This document shows, one piece after another, positions 62,290 through 64,000 of a stretch of 64,000 nt of DNA (its first letter is position 1; the number at the start of each line of letters is the position of its first letter). The DNA lies in NCBI GenBank assembly GCA_038087875.1, contig CM075989.1:18600001-18664000 (forward strand). Direction: 5' to 3'. This DNA is from Malacoraja senta (lineage: Eukaryota). A model generated the notes under the pieces. That model saw only the letters and a program-made list of their open reading frames with translations, was not told the origin of the DNA and ran no database searches. The translations under genes were made by a program, and so were the position numbers.

Positions 62290-62554
62290 GTGATCCTGGA
62301 AAAGATGGATGATATCCAGTTGGCCATGATTATTGCTCGACTGTATGAATCTGATCATGAAACATCCTCCACATGTAAATCTATCCTTTATGAGAAGGTT
62401 CTTGGCTGTAAGTCAGATGGGTCTGAGTTTGCACCAAGCAAACTGCATCCAGATCCATTTCTGCGGAGTATTGCATATTGGACTCTGAAGGATTATTCCA
62501 TTGCATTAGATACTCTGCTGGAACAACCAACAAAAAGCACTGAAGAACATCCAG
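62290..62554 (+). CDS. DMXL2: DMXL2 exon 23 (VILEKMDDIQLAMIIARLYE...HPDPFLRSIAYW...)
   Basis: cag|GTG...G|gtatga, 265 nt, phase 0-1. Confidence 0.94.
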
Positions 62555-63384
62555 GTATGAATGTCCAACTTTACATTTTGTTGTTGTAAACGAACGTACA
62601 ATTAAATTCATAAGAATAATAAATGCATGCATAGAGTATTTTCTTTATAACCAGACTGGCCTAAGTATTATGCCACCAGGCACCCATTTGTTTTAGTTTA
62701 GCAGTCTTTTGTGTCCCCCAAAATGATCATTTTGATTGAAAGAAAGAAAATCAGTCTTATTTGGAAAAGATAACGTGGAATCCTTGAACAATAGTCATCT
62801 ACAGATAATGGTTGATTGGGTTCTGGATACTACATTGCTTTGCTCTGAGCTCTTTGTGTCATCATTGAATACAGTTAGAGAAATTAACATTACAAACGCA
62901 TATAAGCATCATCTCACTTAATGATACTCCTGCTTCCCCAGCCAAATGAACCCTGATCTCTGACCTCGAGTACTGGCAGCTATTGCACCCGTGTGCTGCC
63001 ACTTATTTTCATACATTCGGCTCTTCCCACACTCCCTACCCTCAATTTCGTTTTGATTGTTCACCAAAACCTGTGGCCATAAACCCATCCCCACTAAAAC
63101 GTAATTTTTTTCTGTTTTCTCCCCCGACCCCACCACCACTGGAGCTTGCATCCTAACATAGAAGCTATCATTTATATTTAGGTTGCAAGTGTTGATTTCT
63201 GCTTTTTGCAGTTCCTATAAAATTATCCATAGCGGAGTAAGGTCTTGCGTCTCAACATTAGGGCTCAGTAGTCTTCACTGTTCATGTGCAGTGTAATTGC
63301 CAAGCATAGGTATTACTTCTGAAGTTTGTGTTTGGCTGCATCTAAACTACAATAAAACTACTTGTAGTTTCTATTATCTTCCAG

Positions 63385-64000
63385 GAATTCTTATAAAGTC
63401 TTGCAACCCAATAGTCTTCAGTTTCTACAATTATCTTCGTGCTCATCCACTGCTGATGAGAAGACATTTTGCTCCTCCCGAAGGCTCATTAGGAATTGCC
63501 GCAGAGAAAATCAACGAAGATGAAATTAACCTCATTGAGAGAAAATTATTTTTCACCACAGCAAATGCTCATTTTAAAGTTGGTTGCCCAGTCTTGGCTC
63601 TTGAGGTACTGTCCAAAATCCCAAAAGTCATGAAAAAATCAAAGCCATCCATAACAACGGAAAAGTCCAGGATAATTGTCCAAGGCCAAAATGGTGTAGC
63701 AGAAAATGGAGACCGCACTAACGATGCAAACCGGCCACAGACTGCAACAGGTACATCAAACCAGGGCTGGGAATCAAGTAATTCTGCTGGCTTTGATTGG
63801 GGAGCACCAGTAGTGACTATATCTGACGAGGCACTAAAACTTGATTGGGATAATGATTTAGAAGATGAATATGAAGAGAAAGAGGAAGGTGGGTTGGTAA
63901 TGAAAGATGCAGGAAAGGTGAATGTGGCTGAGAATGAGAAAGGAGTTCCTGGAGAATCTCCAGCTGTTCACAGGGAGGATTCCACTTCTCAAGTTGATGT
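63385..64000 (+). CDS. DMXL2: DMXL2 exon 24, truncated by the window end (ILIKSCNPIVFSFYNYLRAHPLL...ERKLFFTTANAHFKVGCPVLALEVLSKIP...)
   Basis: cag|GA acceptor; frame open to the end of the window; not in the ORF track because no stop is reached. Confidence 0.93.

Noticed and set aside
1-64000. CRISPR arrays, operons or prokaryotic defence systems
   Set aside because: Spliced vertebrate gene; repeats are dispersed TEs without regular repeat-spacer periodicity.

Overview
Eukaryotic (vertebrate) genomic DNA. The repeat content (HE1/V-SINE-like and DeuSINE-like SINEs, CR1, Rex1, Penelope-like elements) points to a cartilaginous fish, probably a skate or ray; this is inference. The whole window lies inside one + strand gene, DMXL2 (rabconnectin-3 alpha, WD40/RAVE-Rav1p family). 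I traced 23 coding exons with compatible phases, equivalent to exons 2-24. Exon 1 was not found and is presumably upstream, so 1-17725 is intron 1, and the last exon runs off the window end. Introns are packed with transposons. The most notable observations are: (1) a dispersed family of Penelope-like retroelement 3' ends carrying a minimal hammerhead-ribozyme core (CTGAAGA-A-GGGT-N4-ACCC-GAAAC-GTC/GTT), often as long fold-back hairpins with 12-17 bp target-site duplications, with one copy still attached to a GIY-YIG C-terminus; (2) two DMXL2 acceptors where the homology-predicted 3' splice site reads AA or TG instead of AG; (3) two exons each bracketed by diverged direct duplications; (4) nested and young transposons, including a TIR element with a 7-bp TSD and a sense-strand consensus splice donor. 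All repeat-family assignments and comparisons to human DMXL1/2 come from recalled motifs, not database searches.
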